64,000 nucleotides of DNA, from positions 1,504 through 65,503 of the forward strand of contig CAJTXY010000003.1 in assembly GCA_910583685.1 (NCBI GenBank), in the 5' to 3' direction. How positions within the stretch are numbered: the stretch's first letter is position 1; each line of letters starts with the position of its first letter. The notes below the pieces were generated by a model. The model searched no databases and was not told the origin of the DNA. It saw only the letters and a program-made list of their open reading frames with translations. This document shows, in pieces, positions 22,105 through 34,352 of the stretch. The position numbers and the translations under genes were made by a program. This stretch comes from an uncultured Bacilli bacterium. Lineage in GTDB: Bacteria > Bacillota_I > Bacilli_A > RF39 > UBA660.

Positions 22105-22170
22105 TGTTAAAATGCTTCTCTTTTTTTTCATTTTCAGAATGGATGCTGGTTTTTTGTTGGAAAGTTTTGC

Positions 22171-22199
22171 TTGACTTTGGCATATAGTAGTGATATATT
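22171..22199 (+). promoter_or_regulatory. Promoter for the str operon (TTGACT-17-TATATT).
   Basis: Hexamers with a 17-nt spacer, about 100 nt upstream of rpsL. Confidence 0.5.
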
Positions 22200-22298
22200 A
22201 ATTTTGCTAATTAAATTGGTTTTGCATTGCTGCAAAATTTTATTTAAGGGTTAAAATGATACACCTGGATATGTGTAAAGAAAGGAGACTTATAAAAT

Positions 22299-22712
22299 AT
22301 GACTACAATCAACCAATTAGTTCGTAAAGGTAGAGGTCAAAAGGTACGTAAAAGTAAAGCTCCAGTGTTAGGAGTTGGAATTAATACTATTCAAAAGAAA
22401 GCTACTAATAATCCATCTCCACAAAAACGCGGTGTTTGTACTCGTGTTGGTACGAAGACACCAAAGAAACCAAACTCTGCATTACGTAAATATGCACGTG
22501 TTCGTCTAAGTAATGGAAAAGAAGTGGATACTTATATTCCTGGAATTGGCCATAACTTACAAGAGCATAGTGTAGTACTTGTACGTGGTGGTCGTGTAAA
22601 AGACTTAATCGGTGTACGTTATCATATCGTTCGTGGAACGCTTGATACCGCTGGTGTGAAAGATCGTAAACAAGGTCGTAGTAAATATGGTGCGAAAAGA
22701 CCTAAAAACTAG
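22299..22712 (+). CDS. rpsL: 30S ribosomal protein S12.
   Basis: PNSALRK motif, 137 aa. Confidence 0.95.
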   Translation: MTTINQLVRKGRGQKVRKSKAPVLGVGINTIQKKATNNPSPQKRGVCTRVGTKTPKKPNSALRKYARVRLSNGKEVDTYIPGIGHNLQEHSVVLVRGGRVKDLIGVRYHIVRGTLDTAGVKDRKQGRSKYGAKRPKN

Positions 22713-22740
22713 AAAGTAAATTTGGAAGGAGGAAGTAAAA

Positions 22741-23208
22741 ATGCGTAAAAGACGTGCAGTAAAAAGAGATGTTCTTGCAGATCCTATATACAAGTCAAAA
22801 GTTGTTACAAAGTTAATTAATACAATTATGCTTGATGGTAAAAAGGGAACAGCTCAAACTATTGTTTATGAAGCATTTGAAACAGTAAAAAACAAGACTG
22901 GAAAAGATCCACTTGAGGTATTTAACGAAGCAATGGAAAATATTAAACCAGCATTGGAAGTTAAATCACGTCGTGTAGGAGGATCAAATTATCAAGTTCC
23001 TATCGAAGTTAGTCCAGCTAGAAGTCAAGCTTTAGCACTTCGTTGGTTAACTAAGTATTCTCGTCTTCGTGGTGGAAAAGGGATGGCTGAGAATTTAGCT
23101 AATGAACTTATTGATGCATCTAATGGAACAGGTGCCGCAGTGAAAAAACGTGAAGATACACATAGAATGGCAGAAGCTAATAAGGCTTTCGCTCACTATA
23201 GATGGTAG
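22741..23208 (+). CDS. rpsG: 30S ribosomal protein S7.
   Basis: 155 aa, S7 family similarity. Confidence 0.95.
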   Translation: MRKRRAVKRDVLADPIYKSKVVTKLINTIMLDGKKGTAQTIVYEAFETVKNKTGKDPLEVFNEAMENIKPALEVKSRRVGGSNYQVPIEVSPARSQALALRWLTKYSRLRGGKGMAENLANELIDASNGTGAAVKKREDTHRMAEANKAFAHYRW

Positions 23209-23220
23209 GAAGGAGAAATT

Positions 23221-25290
23221 ATGGCAAGAGATACGTCTTTAGATAAGACAAGAAATTTTGGTATTATGGCTCACATTGATGCCGGTAAAACAACGACGAC
23301 AGAACGTATTTTATATCATACAGGTAAAATCCATAAGATTGGTGAAACTCATGAAGGTGCTAGTCAAATGGACTGGATGGAACAAGAAAAAGAACGTGGT
23401 ATTACTATCACTTCTGCAGCAACAACTGCTCATTGGAAAGGGTATCGTTACAATATCATCGATACACCAGGACACGTAGACTTTACAATTGAAGTTAGTC
23501 GTAGTCTTAGAGTACTTGATGGTTCTGTTGCACTTTTGGATTCTCAAGCAGGTGTTGAGTCTCAAATGGAGACTGTTTGGCGTCAAGCTGATGAATTTAA
23601 AGTTCCAAGAATCATTTTTGCAAACAAAATGGATAAGATGGGTGCAAACTTTGAATATAGTCTAAAAACAATAAAAGACCGTTTAGGAGTTAATGCTAAA
23701 CCTATTGAATGGCCAATTGGTGCAGAAAGCGAATTCCGTGGTGTTATTGATCTTGTTACAATGACTGCTGTGGAATACGATGGTGGTGCAGAAGAGGAAG
23801 CAAAAGAGATTGAGATTCCTGCAGATTTAAAGTCTATTGCTGAAGAACGTCGTAATGATTTAATTGAGGCAGTAGCAGAATTTGATGATGAAATGATGGA
23901 GAAGTATCTTGAAGGAGAAGAAGTTACAATCGATATGATTAAACGTGCTATCCGTAAAGGTACACTTGCTGCAGAATTCTTCCCAGTTATGTGTGGTACT
24001 GCTTTAGGTAATAAGGGTATTAAACCATTACTTGATGCAGTTATTGACTATTTACCAAGTCCACTTGATACTGAGTCAATTAAGGGACATAACTTAAAAG
24101 GAGAAGAAGAAGTTCGTCATCCAAAAGACGATGAACCATTTAGTGCTTTGGCATTTAAAGTTATGACTGATCCATTCGTTGGACGTCTTACATTCTTCAG
24201 AGTTTATTCTGGTCATTTATCAAGTGGTAGTTATGTACTTAATTCTACAAAAGATAGTAAAGAAAGAATTGGTCGTATCTTACAGATGCATGCAAATACT
24301 CGTAATGAGATTAGTGATGTATATACAGGAGATATTGCGGCTGCAGTTGGACTTAAAAATACAACTACAGGGGATACTCTATGTGATGAGAAAAAACCAA
24401 TTATCTTAGAACAACTTAGTGTACCAGAGCCAGTTATTCAACTTGCTGTTGAACCTAAGTCAAAAGCAGATCAGGATAAAATGGCAATTGCTTTACAAAA
24501 GCTTGCTGAAGAAGATCCTACATTTAAAGTTCATACAGACCATGAAACAGGTCAAACTGTTATCGCTGGTATGGGTGAGTTACACTTAGATGTACTTGTA
24601 GATCGTATGAAACGTGAGTTCCACGTAGAAGCAAATGTTGGTGCTCCACAAGTTGCTTATCGTGAGACCATTAAAGCAGCTGGTGAGTGTGAAGGTAAAT
24701 ACATTAAGCAATCTGGTGGACGTGGACAATATGGACACGTTTGGGTTAAATTTGAACCTAATCAAGATAAAGGTTATGAATTCGTGGATGCTATTGTTGG
24801 TGGTGTTGTTCCTCGTGAATATATTCCAGTTGTTGATAAAGGATTACAAGAGGCAATGCAAACTGGTATTTTAGCAGGGTATCCAATGATTGATATTAAA
24901 GCAACATTATATGATGGTAGTTATCATGATGTTGACTCTAATGAAATGGCATTCAAAATTGCTGCTAGTCTAGCTTTAAAAGAAGCGAAGAAACATTGTC
25001 AAGCGGTGCTTTTAGAGCCAATTATGAGGGTAGATGTTACAACACCTGATGAGTACTTTGGTAACGTTATGGGTGACTTAACATCTCGTCGTGGACGTCC
25101 GCTTGGACAAGAAAGCCAAGGAAATGCAGTAAAACTTTCTGCAATGGTACCACTTTCTGAAATGTTTGGATATGCAACAAACTTACGTAGTAATACGCAA
25201 GGTCGTGGAAACTTTGTTATGACATTTGATCATTATGAAGAAGTTCCTAAAAATATTGCTGAAGAAATTATTAAAAAGAGTGGAAATTAA
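23221..25290 (+). CDS. fusA: Elongation factor G.
   Basis: G-domain AHIDAGKTT and DTPGHVDF motifs, 689 aa. Confidence 0.95.
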   Translation: MARDTSLDKTRNFGIMAHIDAGKTTTTERILYHTGKIHKIGETHEGASQMDWMEQEKERGITITSAATTAHWKGYRYNIIDTPGHVDFTIEVSRSLRVLDGSVALLDSQAGVESQMETVWRQADEFKVPRIIFANKMDKMGANFEYSLKTIKDRLGVNAKPIEWPIGAESEFRGVIDLVTMTAVEYDGGAEEEAKEIEIPADLKSIAEERRNDLIEAVAEFDDEMMEKYLEGEEVTIDMIKRAIRKGTLAAEFFPVMCGTALGNKGIKPLLDAVIDYLPSPLDTESIKGHNLKGEEEVRHPKDDEPFSALAFKVMTDPFVGRLTFFRVYSGHLSSGSYVLNSTKDSKERIGRILQMHANTRNEISDVYTGDIAAAVGLKNTTTGDTLCDEKKPIILEQLSVPEPVIQLAVEPKSKADQDKMAIALQKLAEEDPTFKVHTDHETGQTVIAGMGELHLDVLVDRMKREFHVEANVGAPQVAYRETIKAAGECEGKYIKQSGGRGQYGHVWVKFEPNQDKGYEFVDAIVGGVVPREYIPVVDKGLQEAMQTGILAGYPMIDIKATLYDGSYHDVDSNEMAFKIAASLALKEAKKHCQAVLLEPIMRVDVTTPDEYFGNVMGDLTSRRGRPLGQESQGNAVKLSAMVPLSEMFGYATNLRSNTQGRGNFVMTFDHYEEVPKNIAEEIIKKSGN

Positions 25291-25380
25291 AAAGTTATTA
25301 AAAAAGTATCAAAACAGTTGAAAAAACTTCAATTGTTAGATAAAATATAAGTTGTAATTAGAAAAAAGGAGGAATTGCAA

Positions 25381-26565
25381 ATGGCAAAAGAAAAATTTGA
25401 TCGTTCAAAACCACACGTTAACGTTGGTACAATTGGACACGTAGATCATGGTAAAACTACAACTACTGCTGCTATTACTAAAGTATTAGCTGGTAAAAAT
25501 GGAAATACTGCTGTTGATTTTGAAAACATCGATAAAGCTCCAGAAGAAAGAGAACGTGGTATTACTATCAATACTGCTCACGTTGAGTATAGTACTGATA
25601 ATAGACATTATGCACACGTTGACTGTCCAGGACATGCTGATTATGTTAAAAATATGATTACAGGTGCTGCACAAATGGATGGTGCTATCCTTGTTATTGC
25701 TGCAACAGATGGACCTATGGCACAAACTCGTGAACATATCTTACTTGCTCGTCAAGTTGGTGTACCTAGAATGGTAGTGTTCTTAAACAAGTGCGATATG
25801 GTTGACGATGCTGAACTTTTAGATTTAGTTGAAATGGAAGTTCGTGATTTATTAAACGAATATGGTTTCGAAGGAGACGATACTCCAGTAATCCGTGGTT
25901 CTGCACTTAAAGCTCTTGAAGGAGATGCTGATGCAGTTAAGGCTGTTGAAGACTTAATGGCTGCAGTTGATGAATGGATCCCAACTCCAGAACGTGATAC
26001 TGACAAACCATTCTTAATGAGTATTGAAGATGTATTTACAATTACTGGACGTGGAACTGTTGTTACAGGACGTGTTGAACGTGGTCAATTAAAACTTAAC
26101 GATGAAGTTGAAATCGTTGGTATTAAAGATACTCAAAAAACTGTTGTTACAGGAATTGAAATGTTCCGTAAACAACTTGATTATGCACAAGCAGGAGATA
26201 ACGCTGGAGTACTTTTACGTGGTATTTCTCGTGAACAAGTTGAGCGTGGTCAAGTACTTGCTAAACCAGCTAGTGTTACACCTCATACTAAGTTCAAAGC
26301 TGAAATTTACGTATTAAGCAAAGAAGAAGGTGGACGTCATACTCCATTCTTCACAAACTATCGTCCTCAGTTCTATTTCAGAACTACAGACGTAACTGGT
26401 GTTATTACACTACCTGAAGGTGTAGAAATGGTTATGCCAGGTGATAACTTATCAATTGATGTTGAGTTAATTCACCCAATTGCTTTAGAGCAAGGTACTA
26501 AGTTCTCTATCCGTGAAGGTGGACGTACTGTTGCTTCAGGTGTTGTAAGTACAATTTCTGAATAA
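25381..26565 (+). CDS. tuf: Elongation factor Tu. The ATG at 25381 follows AAGGAGG.
   Basis: GHVDHGKTT and DCPGHADY motifs. Confidence 0.95.
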   Translation: MAKEKFDRSKPHVNVGTIGHVDHGKTTTTAAITKVLAGKNGNTAVDFENIDKAPEERERGITINTAHVEYSTDNRHYAHVDCPGHADYVKNMITGAAQMDGAILVIAATDGPMAQTREHILLARQVGVPRMVVFLNKCDMVDDAELLDLVEMEVRDLLNEYGFEGDDTPVIRGSALKALEGDADAVKAVEDLMAAVDEWIPTPERDTDKPFLMSIEDVFTITGRGTVVTGRVERGQLKLNDEVEIVGIKDTQKTVVTGIEMFRKQLDYAQAGDNAGVLLRGISREQVERGQVLAKPASVTPHTKFKAEIYVLSKEEGGRHTPFFTNYRPQFYFRTTDVTGVITLPEGVEMVMPGDNLSIDVELIHPIALEQGTKFSIREGGRTVASGVVSTISE

Positions 26566-26624
26566 TTTATATTGATATTAGAAAGAGTCATACTATTGAT
26601 TCTTTCTTTTTGTATACAAATAAA

Positions 26625-26647
26625 AAACTGATTTTATTTATCAGTTT
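26625..26647. terminator. Bidirectional hairpin between convergent tuf and the FemAB gene.
   Basis: aaactgat-tttattt-atcagttt, T-rich on both sides. Confidence 0.45.
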
Positions 26648-27920
26648 TCTTTGTTTGCTTTCTTATTTGCTTTTCATCTTTATCTTTATTAAAACTTCGA
26701 TATAGGTTGTAAGTTAATCCGTTTAGGATAATATCGAATTCTCCTATATATTCCGTGATAACAGAGCCATAGCCTAGTTTCATTTCGTTTAATCCTTCAT
26801 AGTCGTTTTCAATGTCTTCGAAGGCACCACTTACTGCATTTAAATTAAAATACTTGTACCCTTTTTGCCTATAATCTTTAATCATTTGCCATTTTAATAG
26901 ATAATTGGGATTTAATGCTTTGTATTTTTTGTTAAATCCCTCAATTACTAGATAGGAGGCATTATCATAATGAATGGCAAGAGCACCTCCCACGACAAAA
27001 CCATCAGGGTTTTCTTTTAAAAGCCTTGTAGCCATTATCATATCCTTTTTATAAATATTGATTAATTTATCAGACTCCATTTTTTTGTTTAATGTGTTTC
27101 TCTGACTAATCCCTTTTTTAGTTGGATCTTGTATTAGTTTTGCTAATTTATCATTATGATCTAGTTCTTCCTCATAAAGTGCTTTACTACTAATTACGAA
27201 TTGCTCTGTATCTAGAACGGCATAATATAAATCGATATTTCCTGCAAAGTTTTTACATAATTCTTTATAATAATTTAGAGTTCTTGTATGCTTTTTCTTA
27301 ATAAAATTGTATAATGGTTCCACATTTAGTGCGGAATCGCTGTATATTTTAATTCCACTTCTCTCTGCTTTTCTAATCTTATGACGTGTTCTTTTATCAA
27401 AACTTTCAAATATTTCATTTATGCTGCGATTTAATAATACTAAGGCTTCAAACCTAGATTTTTCATTTTCAAAGTATAAATTATTTCCTTTGTGTTGAAA
27501 ACCAGCATTTTTTAAATTGGCTAGTATTAAATTTACTTCATTATTTAAGTTTAGGATGTTTCCTTTGGAGTCTCTAATAGAAACTGGAATTAATGGATCC
27601 ATTTTTAAATACATAAACCCTTGTTTTCCAAGTAAAGATTTTAGTTTACTAGCAAACTCTTTTACTATAAATGAATTTCCATAATCAAAAAGAATTCCAC
27701 GGGGAGCATAGGCCATTTTGCTATTCATAAAAACTTCTTTATATAGAAGCAAGGTGGCACCGATTAGAGTGTCGGTTTCATCAATTATACCGATGTAGTG
27801 TGCTTTGTATCCAAACTTAATCATGGTGTGGGCGTATGCTGCTGATTGGTAATAATTTCTATATCGATGGTTTTTAGCATATTGTTCAAAGTCTTTTTCT
27901 TCTAAAGTAATTACCTTCAT
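26634..27920 (-). CDS. FemAB-family peptidoglycan interpeptide-bridge aminoacyltransferase (FemX/MurM-like).
   Basis: 428 aa, FemAB-like N- and C-terminal GNAT-fold halves. Confidence 0.7.
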   Translation of the reverse strand: MKVITLEEKDFEQYAKNHRYRNYYQSAAYAHTMIKFGYKAHYIGIIDETDTLIGATLLLYKEVFMNSKMAYAPRGILFDYGNSFIVKEFASKLKSLLGKQGFMYLKMDPLIPVSIRDSKGNILNLNNEVNLILANLKNAGFQHKGNNLYFENEKSRFEALVLLNRSINEIFESFDKRTRHKIRKAERSGIKIYSDSALNVEPLYNFIKKKHTRTLNYYKELCKNFAGNIDLYYAVLDTEQFVISSKALYEEELDHNDKLAKLIQDPTKKGISQRNTLNKKMESDKLINIYKKDMIMATRLLKENPDGFVVGGALAIHYDNASYLVIEGFNKKYKALNPNYLLKWQMIKDYRQKGYKYFNLNAVSGAFEDIENDYEGLNEMKLGYGSVITEYIGEFDIILNGLTYNLYRSFNKDKDEKQIRKQTKKTDK

Positions 27921-28029
27921 ATTCTCCCTCCACTATTCTTCCTTATTATATCATTTGCTTATTTTTTTTACAATCTAACTTTTGTAATTTGATGTTTAAA
28001 ATGTGTCTACTTATAGTATAATGATATTA

Positions 28030-29388
28030 GGTGATATTATGTTTTTAAAACAAAAAATTTTAATACTTGGAATGGCACGCAGTGGGTATGAAGCGGCTAA
28101 GGTTCTGATAGAGCGAGAATGTGATGTAGTATTAAATGACAGTAAAAGTGAAGATAAAATGAATAAAGATCAGGTGGAGGAACTTCGGAATTTAGGTGTA
28201 AGGCTGATATTTGGCTCTCATCCCGATGATTTACTTGATGATAGTTTTGATTTTTTAATTAAAAATCCAGGTGTTCCTATTGATCATATTTATGTAGAAA
28301 AGGCAAGGGAACTTGGAATTGAAGTTATTAATGAAGTGGAAATGGCATATAGACTTTTACCAGAGGATGTTACTTTGATTGGTATTACAGGAACTAATGG
28401 GAAAACAACCACTACTACACTTACTTATGAAATATTAAAAGAAGCTTTTGGTGATAGAGTTCATTTAGCAGGGAATATTGGTTTTCCTCTATGTAGTTTT
28501 TTAAAGAAACTGAAAAAAGATGATATCATTGTAATGGAAGTTTCTTGTCAACAGGGAGAAAATTTAAAGGAGTTTAGGCCCCATATTGCTCTTTTTACAA
28601 ATTTAACAGAAGCACATATTGATTTTATGAAAACGTATGAGCATTATAAGATGGTAAAGTCGAAAATGTTTTATAATCAAAAAGAAGAAGATGTTGCTAT
28701 TTTAAATATTGAGAATGAAGATGTTTTAGAAGTTACGAAAAATATTTTGTCTACTACGAAGTACTTTTCTAGTAAAAATGAAGTGAATGGTTGTTATATA
28801 AAAGAGGATGCTATTTATTATTATGGTGAGAAGGTGTTAAATACTGCAGATGTTTTTATTAAAGGACGTCATAATTTAGAAAATGTGATGGCATCTATTA
28901 TGATTTCTAAAGAATTTGGGGTTTCTGATGATGTTATTTTGAGTGTTATTTCTACTTTCAAAGGAGTGGAGCATCGGTTGGAGTATGTTGATACTGTGGA
29001 TGGTGTTAAGTACTATAATGATACGGAAGCAACTAATATAAAGTGTACTCAGATAGCACTTTCTTCCTTCAAAGAGCCTCAGATACTCATACTTGGTGGA
29101 CTTGAACGAGGACAAAACTTTGAGGAACTTACTCCTTATATAGGTGGAGTGAAGGCTATTGTCGGAATTGGTCAATGTCGTAATCGAGTGTTGGAATATG
29201 GGACTTCTATTGATAAGCCGACTTATATTTTTGAGACATTAAAGGAGGCTTTCCCAAAGTGTGTGGAACTTGCTAGTAGTGGAGAGGTTGTGTTGCTTTC
29301 TCCTGCTTCGGCATCATGGGATCAATATAAGGAGTGTGAAGAGCGTGGAGGCGAGTTCAAAGAGTATGTCTCTATGTTAAATAAATAA
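28030..29388 (+). CDS. murD: UDP-N-acetylmuramoylalanine--D-glutamate ligase.
   Basis: GITGTNGKTTTT P-loop and Mur ligase C-terminal domain. The ORF-track start at 28003 is probably too far upstream. Confidence 0.85.
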   Translation, partial: GDIMFLKQKILILGMARSGYEAAKVLIERECDVVLNDSKSEDKMNKDQVEELRNLGVRLIFGSHPDDLLDDSFDFLIKNPGVPIDHIYVEKARELGIEVINEVEMAYRLLPEDVTLIGITGTNGKTTTTTLTYEILKEAFGDRVHLAGNIGFPLCSFLKKLKKDDIIVMEVSCQQGENLKEFRPHIALFTNLTEAHIDFMKTYEHYKMVKSKMFYNQKEEDVAILNIENEDVLEVTKNILSTTKYFSSKNEVNGCYIKEDAIYYYGEKVLNTADVFIKGRHNLENVMASIMISKEFGVSDDVILSVISTFKGVEHRLEYVDTVDGVKYYNDTEATNIKCTQIALSSFKEPQILILGGLERGQNFEELTPYIGGVKAIVGIGQCRNRVLEYGTSIDKPTYIFETLKEAFPKCVELASSGEVVLLSPASASWDQYKECEERGGEFKEYVSMLNK

Positions 29389-29407
29389 AGTAAGGGAGGG
29401 GAATATT

Positions 29408-29779
29408 ATGGAAAAGAATGCTTTAATACTAGAAATCAGTGGAGAAAAGGGTGAAGTTAAACAATGTCAGGAGGTCTTGGCTGAGGCCTCATTGATTGGA
29501 ATTGAAAATGTGTATTTAGCCTTTAATCGAGATAGTGATAAAAAAAATAGACAACGTTCCCTTCAACGTTTGACTTATTATTGTGATGTTTTAGATATGC
29601 AACTTTTGTCTTTTGCTGGTTATTATGGGTCTATATTAGAAGAACCTATGATTGCTTCTCTTGATTCCTATGGAAATTTGACTGCTACTTGCTATTGGAA
29701 GGGATTTTCAGAATATAAGGAATCAAAGGGAATTGCTTTAGAAAGTGCTAAAGTTCATAAAGTGCTTGTGAAAATGTAA
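29408..29779 (+). CDS. Hypothetical protein (123 aa).
   Basis: ORF with RBS GGGAGGGG. Confidence 0.45.
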   Translation: MEKNALILEISGEKGEVKQCQEVLAEASLIGIENVYLAFNRDSDKKNRQRSLQRLTYYCDVLDMQLLSFAGYYGSILEEPMIASLDSYGNLTATCYWKGFSEYKESKGIALESAKVHKVLVKM

Positions 29780-29782
29780 TAA

Positions 29783-31544
<1,762 letters not shown>

Positions 31545-31623
31545 GAAACTATAAGTTGTAGTTTCTTTTTCTTGTGTTGATTAGTCATATGTGTTATAAT
31601 ATGTAGCATTTAGAGGGGGAGCT

Positions 31624-33189
31624 ATGAAAGAAAGATTACAGAAGAAGCTTCGGGCTTTTTTGATTGGAATGTCCTTTCCTGTTTTGTTTTCATCTGGATG
31701 TTCTAAAATAGAAGAAAGAGCAATGATAATTTCTTCTATTCATAAAAATGTTGTGAATGTAGATAGGTTAAGAGATGATTTATTTTCATCTTTTTCACAA
31801 TATTTTACGTCTAATGATTTGGAATATACGGGACTTGAGTCATTATTAACTGATGAAGAGATTGCTGATGTTATTGAATGTTCAAAAACTACAAGTAAGT
31901 GTGATTTTGTATGGGATGGTGACATTGAAAAGGTTAAAGGGGCAGTAAGGACTAATTCTAGTGAGTTTCTTAAGGAACACGAAGGATTTAGCAGTGCATT
32001 TTGTGAAGTCTCGGGGAATGATTTCGATTTATTTCAATGCCAAATATGGTTTGAAACTGCTTTTGATCAGGTTATAGATGATCTTGTTGCTAATTCGTCT
32101 GGTGATATTAGTGAAGATATTTGTAAATTTCAAACACTTAGTATTGTTTTTGGAGAGATAGAGGGGAATTTATCTACAATGGGATTTTATCAAGATAATA
32201 CGAATACTATTGTTTTGTGCTATAAATCAATTATGGAAGTTTGTGAATATACTGGTGAGTCTTTTTCTGCTTTTCTTACTCGTGTTTTGTCTCACGAACT
32301 AAATCATACTAGGCAAATAATATGTGAGGATCGGTTACAAAAGGGGCAACAGTATAAGGAGATTTGTTGTAAGACCGATGATATTAGTTTAGTTACGGAG
32401 GCATCGGCTGAATCTGCTTTTTATAATGTAAACGATGGTTCCTTGAGTAAAGATTATTTTATTTATTCATATGAAAGAAAGTATGAAGCTTTGCTTTTCT
32501 TATTTGCTGTTTGTAATGAAAAGGCAGAAGTTGAGGATTATTATAATTCTATATTTGATACTGATTTAGAAAAATTTTATGAATTTTTGGGATGTGATAG
32601 TGAGGAGGATATTTATAGCTTTTATAAAATACTGGGTTCTATGGATGCTGCACTTGGGCGAAATAGTGACTTAGATAGTAGTTTTGAAACAATTGGTGAT
32701 ACAAAAAGATTTATAGGATACAATTATAAAGTTAATCTCTTTCATCATATTCTTTCTGATATGATTGATTATACTTGTAATCATTCGGATTTTTCATTGG
32801 AGGAGAATTTGGCTTTATTTAAGATAGTGAGAACTGTTTTATGTGATAGTTCCTATACAGTAAATGAAGAAAGTGAACGTATTTATGATCCTGCTTTTGT
32901 TACTTCATTTAAGGTAAGTGAAGATATGTATTATTCGTTTTTAAGTATATATTATCAAACGAGCATTTCACAGATGGAACAGTTAGAGGAGACTTATGTA
33001 AATGAAATGATGGATAGGATTTCTCGGCTTTCTGTTACAGGAGATGACACTTCGTATCAACCTGGTGATACTTTATTTTTAGAGCGGTTTCCTTTATTGG
33101 AACCAGTCTTTAGAGCTACTGATGTGATGGCTTATGATTATGATTTTTTTGTTGAAAATAATGATACTATATATGCGAAGAAAAAATGA
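31624..33189 (+). CDS. Cys-rich lipoprotein with an HExxH zincin motif (putative metallopeptidase).
   Basis: Lipobox FSSGC after the signal peptide. The LSHELNHT motif is present. There are many Cys residues. Confidence 0.5.
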   Translation: MKERLQKKLRAFLIGMSFPVLFSSGCSKIEERAMIISSIHKNVVNVDRLRDDLFSSFSQYFTSNDLEYTGLESLLTDEEIADVIECSKTTSKCDFVWDGDIEKVKGAVRTNSSEFLKEHEGFSSAFCEVSGNDFDLFQCQIWFETAFDQVIDDLVANSSGDISEDICKFQTLSIVFGEIEGNLSTMGFYQDNTNTIVLCYKSIMEVCEYTGESFSAFLTRVLSHELNHTRQIICEDRLQKGQQYKEICCKTDDISLVTEASAESAFYNVNDGSLSKDYFIYSYERKYEALLFLFAVCNEKAEVEDYYNSIFDTDLEKFYEFLGCDSEEDIYSFYKILGSMDAALGRNSDLDSSFETIGDTKRFIGYNYKVNLFHHILSDMIDYTCNHSDFSLEENLALFKIVRTVLCDSSYTVNEESERIYDPAFVTSFKVSEDMYYSFLSIYYQTSISQMEQLEETYVNEMMDRISRLSVTGDDTSYQPGDTLFLERFPLLEPVFRATDVMAYDYDFFVENNDTIYAKKK

Positions 33190-33255
33190 TTTATTCTATA
33201 GAAGGGAACTATATTTTCTTTTTGTTTTTCTACTATGGAATGTTTGGAGGGAATT

Positions 33256-34014
33256 ATGAAAAAAATAATTATACCTAATAAAGTTGTATTTTTAAGTGAT
33301 TTAAGAGTTTTATCTTCTGTTTCTCAATTAGAGAAAGTAGGTGCTGGTCATGATGGAATTATATTTCGTTATAATGATAAGGCTTTGAAAATACTCAAAT
33401 ATGATATTAATTTGAGAAAACAAAAAGATTTGATGACTTTTGATAAAAACTTATATTTTCAAAATGAGTTAAAATTGAAAAGAATTTTGAATTCAAAGGA
33501 TATTTTATTAGATTTTGATGGTGTTTATTGTGGGTATGTGATGGAATATTTGCCAAAATGTCAAAAAGAAGATACTGGGGGAGATAAAAAACCAGGTGAA
33601 TTTTTATGTGGTGACTTGCTTACTTCTAGTTTTGAATTAATGGAAGACTTTAATGAATTAACTAAAAAGCAGGTGGTTGCAAAAGATATTAATCGCGGAA
33701 GTTATTTGTATACAGATGATTTTCTATATTTATGTGATATGGATAAGTATTTTCGTCTGGATGGTAGTACTACTTTAAGTGTTAGTGATGCCAATATAAA
33801 GATGTGTAATTTTGTAATTTCTAAGTTTTTATACTACGAAATGCAAAACGTTTCTGTTCTTGATAAAACGGAATGTAAGCACCTGAATAATTGGGTTAAA
33901 AAATCATCTAATTCTAGGACTTTTATGAAAGATCTAGAACAGGACTTAGCCAACTGTGCTAATGAACCTATCTCGGAGTATGCGTTATCAAAGGTTAAAA
34001 AGATTGTTCGTTAG
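33256..34014 (+). CDS. Hypothetical atypical protein-kinase-like protein. The ORF track opens at 33235.
   Basis: Gly-loop-like VGAGHDGIIF, Lys in KALKILK, catalytic-loop-like AKDINRGSYL, CDMD. Confidence 0.45.
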   Translation: MKKIIIPNKVVFLSDLRVLSSVSQLEKVGAGHDGIIFRYNDKALKILKYDINLRKQKDLMTFDKNLYFQNELKLKRILNSKDILLDFDGVYCGYVMEYLPKCQKEDTGGDKKPGEFLCGDLLTSSFELMEDFNELTKKQVVAKDINRGSYLYTDDFLYLCDMDKYFRLDGSTTLSVSDANIKMCNFVISKFLYYEMQNVSVLDKTECKHLNNWVKKSSNSRTFMKDLEQDLANCANEPISEYALSKVKKIVR

Positions 34015-34071
34015 TTGCATTCTTCTTTATTATGTGATAATATAAGTGTGTTAGAAATTTGGAGGGATTCG

Positions 34072-34287
34072 ATGGAAGCTGTGTTATTAGTAATATCCAT
34101 TTTATTAATTATTATAGTACTTTTACAAAGTGGAAAGGCAGAGGGTACTGCAGGAATTATCTCTGGTGGAAGTGGAGAACTTTTTAGGGAGAGAAAAGAA
34201 CGTGGTGCTGAACTTGTTATTAGTCGAATTACATTGTTATTAGGACTTTCGTTCTTTGTGATTTGTTTAGTGGCATCATTTATGTAA
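34072..34287 (+). CDS. secG: Preprotein translocase subunit SecG.
   Basis: MEAVLLVISILLIIIVLLQSGKAEG... matches the SecG N-terminus. Two TM helices. Confidence 0.7.
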   Translation: MEAVLLVISILLIIIVLLQSGKAEGTAGIISGGSGELFRERKERGAELVISRITLLLGLSFFVICLVASFM

Positions 34288-34352
34288 AAAGGCTTTGTTT
34301 TTAAGCTTTTTTATTTTATAATAAAAGAAGAATAGAATATGAGGGTGACGAA

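Noticed and set aside
22086-22135. Hairpin gagaag...cttctc plus T8 after gene 21631-22104, considered as a terminator.
   Set aside because: The loop is 24 nt and the stem short, so it is a low-confidence terminator and is not listed as a feature.
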